Source: Novosphingobium sp.
Lineage (GTDB): Bacteria; Pseudomonadota; Alphaproteobacteria; Sphingomonadales; Sphingomonadaceae
Length of the DNA: 64,000 nt
Direction of reading: 5' to 3'
Assembly (NCBI GenBank): GCA_031374105.1
Contig: JANMNP010000073.1
Location: 671-64,670 of the forward strand
The notes under the pieces were generated by a model. The model was not told the origin of the DNA. It made no database searches and saw only the letters and a list, made by a program, of their open reading frames with translations. Position 1 is the first letter of the stretch. Every line of letters begins with the position of its first letter. The position numbers were made by a program, and so were the translations under genes. This document shows positions 1-10,310 of this stretch, piece after piece.

Positions 1-64
1 GGGCATAGGCCTGACGCGCCGCCTCGCGTGCGGCGGCGATCAGGCTGGCCCTGTCGATAGTCAC
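1..64 (-). CDS. 5' end of an unidentified CDS that runs off the left edge (reads VTIDRASLIAAAREAARQAYA...)
   Basis: The minus-strand frame is open from GTG (complement of 62-64). Its GTGA overlaps the stop (61-63) of the upstream lysozyme-like gene. Only about 21 codons are visible, so no family call is made. Confidence 0.3.
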   Translation of the reverse strand, partial: MTIDRASLIAAAREAARQAYA

Positions 65-762
65 GGCTGCACCACTACCCATCGGACCTGCTCCTCATTG
101 GCTTCATTGGCGAGCGCGGTATTTGCGGTCCAAAGTGTCCAAGGGCGGCCCCCATAACCTGGCTCAAACCGGTCGCGTACCAGCCACAGATTGCGATCAA
201 CCGCAGCAGCGATGTGATAGCGTGCTTCAAAACCGCGCGATAGTTTCAGCATAGCAGGTTTGCCAGTGTGGTTTTCGATCTGGTTCAGGAACGTCGTCAG
301 CTCGCTCTCGATCGCTGCATCGCTTACCTTGACCGGGCAATCATCGGCCAGCTGATCCAGATCGACGGCAGGTGGCAGCATCTGGGCATCGCGCGGCACA
401 ACGGTAACGAAATTGGCGGCCTGCTTCTCGGCTGGCTGGCATGGGTCATACTTATGCACTGCGCCCAGCTGGAGCCGGATCGACCGGGCCTCCTCGAAGT
501 TTTTCACGAACGAAGGATCGCGGGCAAAGGTGCTTGCCGAGGCGTCAATATAGGCGAAATTGGCCCCAATTGCTTTCAAGGCGCGCCAATCGACTGTGCC
601 GTCAGTCGCTCCGATTTCGACCCCTTGCATCGGGTAAGCGTCGCGCGGCGGTGTCCAGTGGTGGAGATGCCACCAGCCCCAAGCGCCAAAAACCATTGCA
701 ATCAGCAGCAAGGATGCGAGCAGCCGAAGCCGCGCAGTGCTTGATCGCTGTCTTCTAACCAT
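61..762 (-). CDS. GH25-type lysozyme/muramidase-like protein with N-terminal membrane anchor
   Basis: 233-aa ORF with an N-terminal hydrophobic segment (LLASLLLIAMVFGAWGWW). The motif GVEIGATDGTVDWRALKAIGANFAYIDAS...DPSFVKNFEEARSIRLQLGAVHKY resembles the GH25 signature (G-I-D-V-S..G.IDW..V...G..F..IKAT.G..y.D..F..N...A...G...G.YH). Recognised from memory only. Confidence 0.7.
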   Translation of the reverse strand: MVRRQRSSTARLRLLASLLLIAMVFGAWGWWHLHHWTPPRDAYPMQGVEIGATDGTVDWRALKAIGANFAYIDASASTFARDPSFVKNFEEARSIRLQLGAVHKYDPCQPAEKQAANFVTVVPRDAQMLPPAVDLDQLADDCPVKVSDAAIESELTTFLNQIENHTGKPAMLKLSRGFEARYHIAAAVDRNLWLVRDRFEPGYGGRPWTLWTANTALANEANEEQVRWVVVQP

Positions 763-783
763 GTTATTTCTGGCCCCGTTTCT

Positions 784-1266
784 TCATCCCCTGATATGCA
801 GGACGCAGATCAGGGTAAACAGCCGCCGCACGGTGGCGAAGTCGGTTTCCACCTTTCCGTCCAGCCGCTCTAGCAGCATTTCCGCTGCCTCGTTGTGGAC
901 GCCGCGGCGGGCCATGTCGATTGTCTCGATCTCAGACGCTGTCGCCTTGCGGATCGCCTGATAATAGCTGTCGCAGATAGCAAAATAATCGCGAATCGGT
1001 CTGCGGAAGCGGCCAAGGCCCAGAATCAGCGTTTCCAGGTGCTGGCTGGCGTCATCCGATATCTCCATCGACAGCCGCCCATCTTCCACCGCTAGGCGAA
1101 GGCGATACGGCCCCTCATGCCCGGCCTGGGAAGCGCGGACAGGCCGGAAGCTGTTATCCTCGATCAGATCAAAGATCGCGATCCGGCGCTCCTGCTCAAT
1201 ATCGGCATTGCGCCACAGGATCGTCGCCTCGTCGAGTTCGATATGAGAGATGCGCGGGTTGGCCAT
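784..1266 (-). CDS. UPF0262-family protein
   Basis: The sequence ANPRISHIELDEATILWRNADIEQERRIAIFDLIEDNSFRP... matches the conserved alphaproteobacterial UPF0262 pattern. I prefer the internal ATG at 1266 (MANPRIS) over the ORF-track start at 1293. Confidence 0.7.
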   Translation of the reverse strand: MANPRISHIELDEATILWRNADIEQERRIAIFDLIEDNSFRPVRASQAGHEGPYRLRLAVEDGRLSMEISDDASQHLETLILGLGRFRRPIRDYFAICDSYYQAIRKATASEIETIDMARRGVHNEAAEMLLERLDGKVETDFATVRRLFTLICVLHIRG

Positions 1267-1392
1267 TGCGCGCTGCTTTCGCAAATGCAGCATCAGCCTG
1301 CAAGGGCATCGTCATAATCCACATGCTGTGGATTAATTCCGCCGCACTGCCTGCTTGCCCGAACTGCCCCGCAAGCGCATTGACCATCCGCT

Positions 1393-2901
1393 ATGGCTGA
1401 ACTTGAACTTGTCTCGCGCTCCGATGTTGCGCCGATCCGTGCGCTGCCCGCCAATGTTGAGGCGGAGGCGGCATTTTTGGGCGCGGTGCTGATCGATAAC
1501 CGGGTGATCGAGGAGCTGCCGGCCCAGCTGGCCCCGGCCCATTTCTTCGAACCGATCCATGGCAAGATCTATGAGCGGATCCTGCAGCTGCTTGACCGTA
1601 AAGCGATTGTCACGCCAGTCACACTCAAGCCCTATTTTGAGGCGGATGAGGCGCTGCGGGAACTGGGCGGGGTCACCTATCTGGCCCGGCTGACGGCGGA
1701 CGGCCAGGGTCTGCTCGCCCCGCGTGAGCTGGCCGAACAGATCTACGATCTGGCCTTGCTGCGCGAACTGGTCAGCGTTGGCCGCAATCTGGTGACCAGC
1801 GCGATGGACACCTCCGAAAGCGTTGAGCCTCTGGCTCAGATTGAGCTGGCCGAAGCCGCGCTTTATGCCGTGGCCGAAGGGGCGGGGAGCAATAGTGAGG
1901 CGCAAGGCTTTGCGGTTGCGACCCGCACGGCGCTGGGCATGATCGAGCAGGCGCTGCTCTCAGGCGGGCATATTTCGGGAACCACTACTGGCCTCAATTC
2001 GCTCAACGAGAAAGTCGGAGGCCTGCATGATTCGGATCTTATCATTCTGGCAGGACGGCCCGGCATGGGAAAAACCGCCCTCGCCACCAACATCGCCTTC
2101 AATGCTGCAGACCGGCTGCGCCGCGATATGGCGGATGGCATAGCCGAAGACAAATCGGTTGGCGCGGCGACCGCCTTTTTCAGTCTGGAAATGAGCGCGG
2201 ATCAGCTCGCTACCCGTATTCTGGCGGAGCAATCAGGGATCAGCGCCGAAATGCTGCGGATGGGCAAGATCAGCCGCGATGATTTTCAGCAGCTCTCCTA
2301 TGCCAGCCAGCGTCTGGCCGAGCTGCCGCTCTATATCGATGACACTCCGGCGCTGACCATCGCCGCATTGCGCGCGCGGGCCAGACGCTTGAAGCGGCGG
2401 CACAACATTGGTCTGATTGTGGTCGATTATCTGCAGCTGCTGCAAGGATCAGGCCGGGCCAATGACAATAGGGTCAATGAAATCTCGGAAATCAGTCGCG
2501 GACTCAAAACGCTGGCCAAGGAACTCAGCGTTCCGGTGATTGCGCTGTCGCAGCTTTCCCGGGCGGTCGAACAGCGCGAAGACAAGCGCCCGATGCTCTC
2601 GGATCTGCGCGAATCAGGCTCGATCGAGCAGGACGCGGATATGGTCTGGTTCGTGTTCCGCGAAGATTATTATGTCGCCGCGCGCGAGCCCAAGCGCCCG
2701 GTCGATGGCGATGATGCCAAGACTCATGAACTACATGCGACCTGGGCCGCCGACATGGAACGGGTCTATGGGTTGGCCGAACTGATCGTTTCCAAGCAAC
2801 GTCATGGTTCAACTGGTAAGGTCCGTTTGCGGTTTGAGCCACGGATCACCCGGTTCAGCGATCTGGCCGACGATGCACTTGCCGGTAACAGCTATGATTG
2901 A
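1393..2901 (+). CDS. dnaB: replicative DNA helicase DnaB
   Basis: 502 aa. The N-terminal sequence PANVEAEAAFLGAVLIDN is present, with Walker A GRPGMGKTALA, the SLEMS motif and the VIALSQLSR/ESGSIEQDAD motifs typical of DnaB. Confidence 0.95.
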   Translation: MAELELVSRSDVAPIRALPANVEAEAAFLGAVLIDNRVIEELPAQLAPAHFFEPIHGKIYERILQLLDRKAIVTPVTLKPYFEADEALRELGGVTYLARLTADGQGLLAPRELAEQIYDLALLRELVSVGRNLVTSAMDTSESVEPLAQIELAEAALYAVAEGAGSNSEAQGFAVATRTALGMIEQALLSGGHISGTTTGLNSLNEKVGGLHDSDLIILAGRPGMGKTALATNIAFNAADRLRRDMADGIAEDKSVGAATAFFSLEMSADQLATRILAEQSGISAEMLRMGKISRDDFQQLSYASQRLAELPLYIDDTPALTIAALRARARRLKRRHNIGLIVVDYLQLLQGSGRANDNRVNEISEISRGLKTLAKELSVPVIALSQLSRAVEQREDKRPMLSDLRESGSIEQDADMVWFVFREDYYVAAREPKRPVDGDDAKTHELHATWAADMERVYGLAELIVSKQRHGSTGKVRLRFEPRITRFSDLADDALAGNSYD

Positions 2902-2906
2902 TGAAT

Positions 2907-2972
2907 CCCCGCGCAGGCGGAGGTCTCAGGCCACTACACCCGGCCATGCCTGAGGTCCGCGCCTGCGCGGGG
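2907..2972. repeat. REP-like imperfect inverted repeat (CCCCGCGCAGGCGGAGGTCTCAGG ... CCTGAGGTCCGCGCCTGCGCGGGG)
   Basis: Two arms of about 24 nt (2907-2930 and 2949-2972) are near-perfect reverse complements, lying just downstream of the dnaB stop. They share the CCCCGCGCAGGCGGGGG core with the hairpin at 32311-32330. Confidence 0.7.
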
Positions 2973-3070
2973 ACGCAGACCGATCGTGATGGTTGCCGAT
3001 TTTCTTGACTTTTCGCAGTCCACTCCCTAGCTGGCCACTTTCCCGCAAATAACAGATTCTGGAGTGCCCT

Positions 3071-3415
3071 ATGGCGCGCGTTACCGTCGAAGATTGTGTC
3101 GAAAAGATTCCCAACCGGTTCGACCTGGTTTTGCTTGCCGCCCAGCGTGCGCGTGAGATTTCCGGCGGCGCTGAACTGACTATCGAGCGGGACCGTGACA
3201 AGAACCCGGTTGTAGCCCTGCGTGAGATCGCGGAAGAGACCGTCCAGCCGGTGCACCTCAAGGAAACGCTGGTCGGATCGCTTCAGCGCGTCCTGCCCGA
3301 GGATGATGATCAGGTCGATGAGATCGGCTCGCTCAGCCAATCGGCAGAAGCGCTGCGGATTACGGCGGCAGCGCCAGTGCGCAACACCTCGATCGGCGGC
3401 GATTACGAGGGCTGA
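3071..3415 (+). CDS. rpoZ: DNA-directed RNA polymerase subunit omega
   Basis: 114 aa. [30 protein letters not shown] is the canonical RpoZ N-terminus. Confidence 0.95.
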   Translation: MARVTVEDCVEKIPNRFDLVLLAAQRAREISGGAELTIERDRDKNPVVALREIAEETVQPVHLKETLVGSLQRVLPEDDDQVDEIGSLSQSAEALRITAAAPVRNTSIGGDYEG

Positions 3416-3440
3416 TTGAGCTACAATCCGAAACAAAAAA

Positions 3441-3479
3441 GGGCCCGTGTTCCAGCCGGAACACGGGCCCTTTTCGTTT
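3441..3479. terminator. bidirectional rho-independent terminator
   Basis: Perfect 13-bp stem GGGCCCGTGTTCC-agcc-GGAACACGGGCCC (3441-3470). It is followed by TTTTCGTTT and preceded by AAACAAAAAA. It sits between the convergent genes rpoZ and the 3486-3860 gene. Confidence 0.8.
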
Positions 3480-3485
3480 GCGGCT

Positions 3486-3860
3486 TCAGCGGCAGGGCCA
3501 GGTCTTGATGAACAGATCGGCCATCGCGGTGCGCATCGGAACATGATCGCGGTGTTCGGCGGGATAGGTTCGTAAATGGGCGATCAACGAGTTTGAATTG
3601 ACCGGGGCGGGTTTAGGCGGACAACTGCTGGGCTTGCCCTGTGCTCGTTCGGCAGCCAACCGCGTGCGATAGGCCTGACCAGCAGCCCGGCCCTCGGTTT
3701 GCAACGCTTTATAGTCTGACGAAAACAGCGCCATCGCCCCCTTGGCCCGCAGCGCATCGGCCTTGGCGAGGAAAATGGCCACGCTCATGTCACCAGGCGC
3801 GGCAACGGCGGGAGTGGCCGCCAGCAACGGCAAGATTATCGAGAATATGCAAAGCTTCAT
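3486..3860 (-). CDS. exported hypothetical protein
   Basis: I prefer the start at ATG 3860 (MKLCIFSIILPLLAATPAVAAPG), which gives a typical signal peptide. No family was recognised. The ORF-track start at 3965 adds a non-signal extension. Confidence 0.55.
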   Translation of the reverse strand: MKLCIFSIILPLLAATPAVAAPGDMSVAIFLAKADALRAKGAMALFSSDYKALQTEGRAAGQAYRTRLAAERAQGKPSSCPPKPAPVNSNSLIAHLRTYPAEHRDHVPMRTAMADLFIKTWPCR

Positions 3861-3979
3861 AAATGGTTCTCTGTTAAAGCAGCCTGCTTGCGGCAACGCT
3901 TGCTCTGTTGCACATTTCATCACGCTGAACCGTTTGTACCAACAGCCGCGCGCCACCGATGGCATTCAGGGGTTGCTGA

Positions 3980-4258
3980 TCAGCCAGGCGGATATTCGCG
4001 GCGGGTGTGGAGCACGTTGACCACCTCGACCGTATCTGCGCCGACGCGGTAGACCAGAATGTAATTGGGATGAACCACCGCCTCGCGGGTGCCGATGATG
4101 CGGCCGCGGCGATACATAAAAGGAAATTCCGTCAGGCGTTCGGCAACAGAATTCACCCGATCGCGAAGGTCGATCGCCGCTTGGACATTGCGCTCGGCGA
4201 TAAATGCGGCGGTTGCCCGCAGATCTTCTCGCGCCGATTGGCGCCAGATCAGTCTCAT
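3980..4258 (-). CDS. parE: type II toxin, ParE/RelE family
   Basis: 92 aa. MRLIWRQSAREDL..I..FIAERN..AA..L...V...AERLTEFPFMYRRGRIIGTREAVVHPNYILVYRV..DTVEVVNVLHTRR matches the ParE plasmid-stabilisation fold pattern. There is a 4-bp overlap with the upstream small ORF. Confidence 0.85.
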   Translation of the reverse strand: MRLIWRQSAREDLRATAAFIAERNVQAAIDLRDRVNSVAERLTEFPFMYRRGRIIGTREAVVHPNYILVYRVGADTVEVVNVLHTRREYPPG

Positions 4259-4437
4259 GTCTGCTTAGCGGATTTTTCAGCAATAATCTGATCGATCTCA
4301 GCCATCACCTGATCGTGCGGAACGGATGGACGCGGATCGGCGAGCGAGGCCGCTACTTTGGCTTTCATCCAGCACAGATAGGATGCCTCCTGCTCGGCAC
4401 TCTCGAACTCCGACACGATGGGCGAATATTTGGTCAT
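4255..4437 (-). CDS. cognate antitoxin ('stability determinant' type)
   Basis: 60 aa. The pattern EFESAEQEASYLCWMKAKVAASLADPRPSVPHDQVMAEIDQII resembles small antitoxins found upstream of alphaproteobacterial ParE toxins. Its stop overlaps the parE start. Confidence 0.7.
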   Translation of the reverse strand: MTKYSPIVSEFESAEQEASYLCWMKAKVAASLADPRPSVPHDQVMAEIDQIIAEKSAKQT

Positions 4438-4487
4438 TGCCGCAAGTTACTCCGGTTCGAGACCGCTGCCAAGCCTTTGGTCAGGAT

Positions 4488-6422
4488 CTACGCCCCTTGC
4501 GGCGCACTATCCCCGCTGAAGCGCTTGCCGGCCTTAGGAATGGCCGAACCGCGCACCGGAGCAACCACATTGGGGCCACTCGGCTTGTCAGGACGGTCAA
4601 TCTTGCCGGTTTCGATCAGCTGCGTGATGTCATCACCGCTAAGTGTTTCATATTCGAGCAAAGCAGTTGCCAGAAGATGGAGTTTGTCTTCCTGAGCCTT
4701 GAGGATCGAGGTTGCCCGGTCATGCGCGCCATCGACTAGGCTGCGAATCTCACTGTCGATCAGCTTGCTTGTCTCGTCGGACATCATCACCCGTTGGTTG
4801 GAGCCATAGCCCAGATAGCCCTCGCCCTGCTCTTCATACTGAAGCGGGCCCAGCTTGTCCGACATGCCCCATTTGGTGACCATGTTGCGCGCCAAGCCGG
4901 TAGCGTACTGGATGTCGGACGAAGCCCCGGACGAGACTTTGTCATATCCGAAGATCAGCTCCTCGGCGACTCGCCCGCCCATGCTGACCGATAGATTCGC
5001 GTGCATTTTGTCGCGGTGGTAGGAATAGCTGTCACGCTCGGGCAGGCGCATCACCATTCCCAACGCCCTTCCGCGCGGGATGATCGTAGCCTTGTGGATC
5101 GGGTCCGATGCAGCTTCATTGACCGAGACGATCGCGTGGCCAGCCTCATGATAAGCTGTCATCTTCTTCTCGTCCTCGGTCATAACCATTGAGCGCCGTT
5201 CGGCTCCCATCATGACCTTATCCTTGGCGTCCTCAAACTCCTGCATGGCCACCAGCCGCTTGTTGCGCCGGGCCGCAAGAAGCGCCGCTTCGTTGACCAG
5301 ATTGGCCAGATCGGCACCGGTAAAGCCCGGGGTGCCGCGGGCGATGGTGCGCACCAGCACATCGGGTGCGAGCGGCACTTTCTTCATATGCACCGCCAGA
5401 ATCTTCTCACGGCCCTCAATGTCCGGGATCGGCACCACCACCTGACGGTCAAACCGGCCGGGGCGGAGCAGCGCCGGGTCAAGCACGTCAGGGCGGTTGG
5501 TGGCGGCGATGATGATGATGCCCTCATTGGCCTCAAACCCGTCCATCTCGACCAGCAACTGGTTCAGCGTCTGCTCACGCTCGTCGTTGGAATTGCCAAG
5601 GCCATGGCCGCGATGACGGCCAACGGCGTCGATTTCGTCAATGAAGACGATGCAGGGTGCGTTTTTCTTGGCCTGTTCGAACATGTCGCGGACGTGCGAC
5701 GCGCCAACGCCAACGAACATTTCTACAAAGTCCGAACCCGAAATGGTGAAGAACGGTACACCTGCTTCACCCGCAATAGCGCGGGCCAGCAGTGTCTTGC
5801 CAGTGCCGGGGCTGCCAACCAGCAGCGCGCCCTTGGGAATCTGCCCACCCAGCTTGGAAAAGCGTCGCGGATCGCGCAGGAATTCGACGATTTCCTCCAG
5901 CTCCTCGCGCGCTTCATCGATCCCGGCGACATCGTCAAAGGTAACCCGGCCCTGCTTTTCCGTGAGCAGCTTGGCCTTGCTTTTGCCAAAGCCCATCGCG
6001 CCCGATCCGCCGCCCTTCTGCATCTGGCGCAGCGCGAAGAAGGCAACCCCAAGGATCAGCATGAACGGCAACGCCTGAATCAGGATATAGAGCAGAACAT
6101 TGGGCTCATCCGCAGCCTTTCCAGCGTATTTTACCCCGCTTTGCTGCAAGGTCTGGATCAAGCCAGTGTCACCGGGGATCGGGATTGTGCTGAAGGCTCC
6201 GCCGTTCTTATATTTTCCCGCGATCCGATCTTCACTGATCTGAACCTCTGCCACGCTGCCTTCGGTAACGCGGGTCCGGAATTCAGAATAGCCGATCTGT
6301 GTTCCTGCAACTTCGGTGCGAGGACCGAACATCGAAACCACCAGCAACAGCGCCATAAAGATGCCGCCCCACATTAGCAGGCTCTTCATCCAGGGGTTAC
6401 CGTTTGGCTGATCGTCGTTCAT
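4488..6422 (-). CDS. ftsH: ATP-dependent zinc metalloprotease FtsH
   Basis: Walker [24 protein letters not shown], Walker [33 protein letters not shown] and zinc site HEAGHA are all present. The true start is at ATG 6422 ([20 protein letters not shown]), giving 644 aa. The ORF-track 866-aa version carries a spurious 222-codon extension. Confidence 0.97.
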   Translation of the reverse strand: MNDDQPNGNPWMKSLLMWGGIFMALLLVVSMFGPRTEVAGTQIGYSEFRTRVTEGSVAEVQISEDRIAGKYKNGGAFSTIPIPGDTGLIQTLQQSGVKYAGKAADEPNVLLYILIQALPFMLILGVAFFALRQMQKGGGSGAMGFGKSKAKLLTEKQGRVTFDDVAGIDEAREELEEIVEFLRDPRRFSKLGGQIPKGALLVGSPGTGKTLLARAIAGEAGVPFFTISGSDFVEMFVGVGASHVRDMFEQAKKNAPCIVFIDEIDAVGRHRGHGLGNSNDEREQTLNQLLVEMDGFEANEGIIIIAATNRPDVLDPALLRPGRFDRQVVVPIPDIEGREKILAVHMKKVPLAPDVLVRTIARGTPGFTGADLANLVNEAALLAARRNKRLVAMQEFEDAKDKVMMGAERRSMVMTEDEKKMTAYHEAGHAIVSVNEAASDPIHKATIIPRGRALGMVMRLPERDSYSYHRDKMHANLSVSMGGRVAEELIFGYDKVSSGASSDIQYATGLARNMVTKWGMSDKLGPLQYEEQGEGYLGYGSNQRVMMSDETSKLIDSEIRSLVDGAHDRATSILKAQEDKLHLLATALLEYETLSGDDITQLIETGKIDRPDKPSGPNVVAPVRGSAIPKAGKRFSGDSAPQGA

Positions 6423-6542
6423 GATCGGTCCTTTCGCTGGCCAATGTAGGATGCAAGGGCTGAATGGCAAGCTAACGTCCAGAATTTGCTCCAGTGGCTT
6501 GCACCGCGACTCTCCCCAAGGCACAAGCGCCAAGGCATTGCG

Positions 6543-7673
6543 ATGCAGATTTGGGGGATCCACTGTATGATTAGTCCGGCCGCAGCAGATGATCGCTTTG
6601 CCCATTGGCCGAAATTGCGCGCGCGGTTGCTGCTGATTGCAATGCTGTTGATGCTGATTGCTTCGGCACTGGTCCCGGTCAATGCGGGTAAATCGACCGT
6701 TAAAACCCAGTCTTTCACCGAAAATATCGTCGGGAAAAAGGGCGCAAGCAGGCCGCGCGATGATGATCTGGCGCTTTATGATGTGGTGATCGAACGTATT
6801 TCCAAGGGCGAAAACTATTACCAGGTCGCCGCCGAAGAACACCGCAAGAGCAATTATCCGCTGCGTCCCGGCTTTGCCGTGCGGCTGCCGACGCTGGCCT
6901 ATATTGACGCGGCGCTGGGAAAAACGGGCCAGGCGATCGCAGCCCTTGTGCTGATGCTGAGTGTGCTTGCTGCCTGGTGGCAGCGAATGGCTCAGGAGCC
7001 GGGGGGGCTGCAACGCCGAAATATAGCCGTGGCGCTGTTGTTTCTGGGGGCGTCGCTGGGGATGAACCGCTATTACTTCGTCCTGCACGAGCTATGGGCC
7101 GGGATGCTGCTGGCACTGGCCTTTGGGCTGCATCGGCCGGGCCAGCGCTACGGAGCGGCGCTGGCGGTCGCGGCGCTGGCGCTGACGATTCGTGAACATG
7201 CCTTGCCATTTGTCGCGCTGATGGCAGCGATGGCCCTGTGGCGGCGCGACTGGAAGGAAGGCGCAGCCTGGAGCGCGCTGATCGCGGTGTTCCTTGGGGG
7301 GATGGCGATCCACCTGCATTATGTTAATCAGCTGGTGCTGCCAAGCGACCGCTTTTCCGCGCCCTGGCTGGAGATGCGCGGGCTTTCGGGCTGGCTGTCC
7401 AACATCATATTATCCAGCAATCTGCGTTTTCTGCCGCATTATGTCGCGGGGCCGCTGGTGATGCTGATGATTTTTGGCTGGGCCAGTTGGAAGTCACCCG
7501 CCGGGGCCTTCGCCACCCTGCTGTATCTTGGCTATGGCGCGGCCTTCATGATCGCGGGGCGGTGGGACAATTTCTATTGGGGTGCGGTGATCGCTCCTGC
7601 CATGTTCATGGGGCTAGCATTTTTGCCCCGCGCGATCAAATCCTTGTGGCGCGCTGGCTTTGGCAAGGCCTGA
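6543..7673 (+). CDS. polytopic integral membrane protein of unknown function (possibly GT-C-like)
   Basis: About 9-10 hydrophobic segments with a soluble loop ([37 protein letters not shown]). The start is uncertain: TTG 6486, ATG 6543 or ATG 6567. No confident family was recognised. Confidence 0.6.
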   Translation: MQIWGIHCMISPAAADDRFAHWPKLRARLLLIAMLLMLIASALVPVNAGKSTVKTQSFTENIVGKKGASRPRDDDLALYDVVIERISKGENYYQVAAEEHRKSNYPLRPGFAVRLPTLAYIDAALGKTGQAIAALVLMLSVLAAWWQRMAQEPGGLQRRNIAVALLFLGASLGMNRYYFVLHELWAGMLLALAFGLHRPGQRYGAALAVAALALTIREHALPFVALMAAMALWRRDWKEGAAWSALIAVFLGGMAIHLHYVNQLVLPSDRFSAPWLEMRGLSGWLSNIILSSNLRFLPHYVAGPLVMLMIFGWASWKSPAGAFATLLYLGYGAAFMIAGRWDNFYWGAVIAPAMFMGLAFLPRAIKSLWRAGFGKA

Positions 7674-7674
7674 T

Positions 7675-8073
7675 CTACCCGGCGATTTCGGCAATCTTGT
7701 GGTGCGGCAGCATGCGCCATGCAGCGATCAGCAGTACGACGTGGACCAATTCCACGCTCATCGGTAAAAATGCTCCCGGATAAGCCCCATCGGCTGCCAG
7801 ACTGAAGCCGCGTACGGCGAATGTAGTGCCCATAAGTGCTGCCGGAACCAGCAAAAGATCGCCATTACGCCGCCATGCGCCCCACATCATCGAGACTGCG
7901 ATTACGCAGAAATAGGCCGCGAAATCCGCTCGGAGCGATGACAGCCCAGCATTTCCCTGCGCCAACAAACCAAAGCCCGCTGCAGTCTCGACCGGATTGA
8001 ACAGAAAGTTCAGCCCCATGAACAGATCGAACAATCCGAGCAGAAAAATCAATGCTGTGAGTATCAGGCGCAT
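7675..8073 (-). CDS. small 4-TM membrane protein (DUF4345-like, unverified)
   Basis: 132 aa with four hydrophobic helices. It converges on the preceding gene, with a 1-nt gap between the stops. Confidence 0.6.
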   Translation of the reverse strand: MRLILTALIFLLGLFDLFMGLNFLFNPVETAAGFGLLAQGNAGLSSLRADFAAYFCVIAVSMMWGAWRRNGDLLLVPAALMGTTFAVRGFSLAADGAYPGAFLPMSVELVHVVLLIAAWRMLPHHKIAEIAG

Positions 8074-8193
8074 GTGCTGGTACCTTCCAAATTAACCTCA
8101 AATTAGGGCTTGTGCCCCAGCGAAACCAGTATGGCAAAATGCCATGGGCAAAAAGATTGCGCGCAAGGGCGCAGCATTGCACAAGCGGGGCTC

Positions 8194-9852
8194 ATGAAAC
8201 CAAAAGCCGAGCCAATGATTGCACCGCGTATCCTCCTTATCATCGGGGGCGGGATTGCTGCGTATAAATCTTGCGAGCTTGTTCGGCTGATCCGCAAGGG
8301 CGCCAACGGCGTGCCGGGCGAGGTTACGTGTGTGCTGACCGATGGCGGCGCGAAGTTTGTGACTGCGATGACGCTGGCCGCGCTTAGCGAAAACCCGGTC
8401 CATACTACCCTGTGGGATCTCAAAAACGAAGTTGAGATGGGGCATATCCAGCTCTCGCGGCAGGCGGATCTGGTCGTGGTCTGCCCGGCTACTGCGGACC
8501 TCATGGCCAAGATGGCTAGCGGAATTGCGGATGATCTGGCCACAACGCTGCTGCTCGCCACCGATAAGCCCGTGTTGGCAGTTCCGGCGATGAATGTGCG
8601 AATGTGGGAACATCCAGCGACACAGCGCAATGTCGCGACGCTGACGGCGCACGGTGTTCGCGTGCTAGATCCCGATGAAGGGGCGATGGCCTGCGGTGAA
8701 TTTGGTCCCGGGCGGTTGCCCGAGCCAGCGGCGATCTGGATCGCAATCTGCCAGATGCTTGGACTCGATCCAGGGCCAGTCGCCGTTCCCTTGCTGGCCG
8801 CGCCTGATGATGAAGTGAGCGAGAGCGAGGATACCGGGCATGGCGGTCTCTCCGGGCTGTTGATTCCGCGCAGCACCGTCAGCAAATACGTGTTCGATGA
8901 AGGGGACGATGACGATCTGGTCTTTGGAGACGAACCGCTGGACGGTGAGGAACGGCAAGAACCGCTGGCTGAAGACGCTGCATTGAATGAACCAACTCCC
9001 GCGATTGATCTCAGCGGTCCGCTATTGTCCAAAAAAGGCAAGGCCAAGGCCGCGCCGCCGACCGATCCCGACGCAGTCAACCATCTGGTCAATGGCACCG
9101 GCGAAGCTGGCGCGCCGGAGCCTGTGCACCTTGATCCGCTTGAAGGTCAGCCCGATTTCGCCGGGGACACGTCCGTTGATTTCGAGCCAGTCGATGGGCC
9201 GCTGACTGGCAGACATATACTGATCACCGCTGGCCCAACGCATGAGCCGATTGATCCGGTGCGCTACATCGCCAACCGATCATCGGGCAAACAGGGCTTT
9301 GCCATTGCTGCCGCCGCAGCGCGGGCTGGCGCGCGGGTTACGCTGGTCGCGGGGCCGGTCAGCCTTCCCACCCCGCCGGGAGTGGACCGGATCGACGTGG
9401 AAACCGCGCGCGAAATGGCAGCGGCGGTCAAGAAAGCTCTCCCTGTTGATGTCGCAGTGATGGTTGCTGCGGTGGCTGACTGGCGGACTCAGGATTCTGC
9501 GGCTGAAAAGCTGAAGAAGCGCGGCTCGGCTCCTCCCGCCCTGCGCCTTACCGAAAATCCGGATATTCTTGCCACGGTTGCGGGAGATACACGGCGACCA
9601 GCATTGCTGATCGGCTTTGCCGCCGAAACGGAAAATGTCCTGGCCCACGCCAAGGAAAAGCGGACTCGCAAGGGCGCGGACTGGATCGTCGCCAATGATG
9701 TATCGAGCAAAAAGGGTAAGAGCGTGATGGGCGGGGCGGATAATGCGGTCCATATCATTACCGCTAAAGGCATCGAAAGTCTGCCAGAAATGGCCAAGGA
9801 TGATGTCGCCCGCGCGCTGGTTGAACGGATAGCAGATGCTCTTGGCAAATAG
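8194..9852 (+). CDS. coaBC: bifunctional phosphopantothenoylcysteine decarboxylase / phosphopantothenate-cysteine ligase (CoaBC) with a long acidic interdomain insertion
   Basis: The N-terminal flavoprotein domain is present ([47 protein letters not shown]). So is the C-terminal CoaB domain ([50 protein letters not shown]). The two are separated by about 145 aa of low-complexity D/E/P-rich sequence. The start is probably ATG 8194 or 8215. Confidence 0.9.
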   Translation: MKPKAEPMIAPRILLIIGGGIAAYKSCELVRLIRKGANGVPGEVTCVLTDGGAKFVTAMTLAALSENPVHTTLWDLKNEVEMGHIQLSRQADLVVVCPATADLMAKMASGIADDLATTLLLATDKPVLAVPAMNVRMWEHPATQRNVATLTAHGVRVLDPDEGAMACGEFGPGRLPEPAAIWIAICQMLGLDPGPVAVPLLAAPDDEVSESEDTGHGGLSGLLIPRSTVSKYVFDEGDDDDLVFGDEPLDGEERQEPLAEDAALNEPTPAIDLSGPLLSKKGKAKAAPPTDPDAVNHLVNGTGEAGAPEPVHLDPLEGQPDFAGDTSVDFEPVDGPLTGRHILITAGPTHEPIDPVRYIANRSSGKQGFAIAAAAARAGARVTLVAGPVSLPTPPGVDRIDVETAREMAAAVKKALPVDVAVMVAAVADWRTQDSAAEKLKKRGSAPPALRLTENPDILATVAGDTRRPALLIGFAAETENVLAHAKEKRTRKGADWIVANDVSSKKGKSVMGGADNAVHIITAKGIESLPEMAKDDVARALVERIADALGK

Positions 9853-10306
9853 CGTTTCGGTGCAGATAAAGCGCTTGCCGCATGGCGAGGGGCTGGCCCT
9901 TCCGGCCTATGCCACCGATGGCGCGGCTGGTATGGATGTGCTTTCGGCTGAGGACTTGACGCTGTCTGCAGGCGCGCGTCATGCCGTGGCGACTGGTCTT
10001 GCGATTGCAATCCCGCCGGGTTTTGAAATTCAGGTCCGTCCGCGCTCGGGCCTCGCGCTCAAACACGGGATCAGCGTGCCCAATTCGCCCGGCACAATCG
10101 ACAGCGATTATCGCGGAGAGCTGAAGGTGGTCCTGATCAACCTTGGTGCAGAGGCGTTTGCGATCCGCCGCGGTGACCGGATTGCTCAGCTGGTGCTGGC
10201 TCCGGTTACGCAAGCGCGCTGGGTCACGGTTGAGGAACTGGATGAAACCGCGCGCGGCGAAGGCGGGTTTGGCAGCACTGGTGGGGTTGCCGCGCTGAAA
10301 GGCTGA
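9836..10306 (+). CDS. dut: dUTP diphosphatase
   Basis: The motifs [29 protein letters not shown] and GDRIAQLV are canonical dUTPase motifs. The position directly downstream of coaBC is the conserved pairing. Confidence 0.93.
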   Translation: MLLANSVSVQIKRLPHGEGLALPAYATDGAAGMDVLSAEDLTLSAGARHAVATGLAIAIPPGFEIQVRPRSGLALKHGISVPNSPGTIDSDYRGELKVVLINLGAEAFAIRRGDRIAQLVLAPVTQARWVTVEELDETARGEGGFGSTGGVAALKG

Positions 10307-10310
10307 CTAC

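Noticed and set aside
5388-6377. Long antisense ORFs opposite well-supported genes. The set comprises 5388-6377, 8103-9098, 20272-20943, 21139-21816, 24291-24989, 25741-26631, 27369-28355, 37643-38557, 40046-40987, 46822-47532, 47382-48023, 49124-50401, 51819-52331, 53589-55169, 57618-58226 and 59035-59565.
   Set aside because: Each lies fully within, and opposite to, a CDS with clear family motifs. Their translations are low-complexity and R/G/P/A/H-rich, with no motifs, no ribosome-binding sites that I could see, and no independent intergenic space.
6423-7088. A 222-codon N-terminal extension of ftsH in the ORF track (866 aa)
   Set aside because: FtsH homology begins at [16 protein letters not shown] (ATG 6422). 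The extension overlaps the divergent membrane-protein gene and has a Q/H/R-rich nonsense composition.
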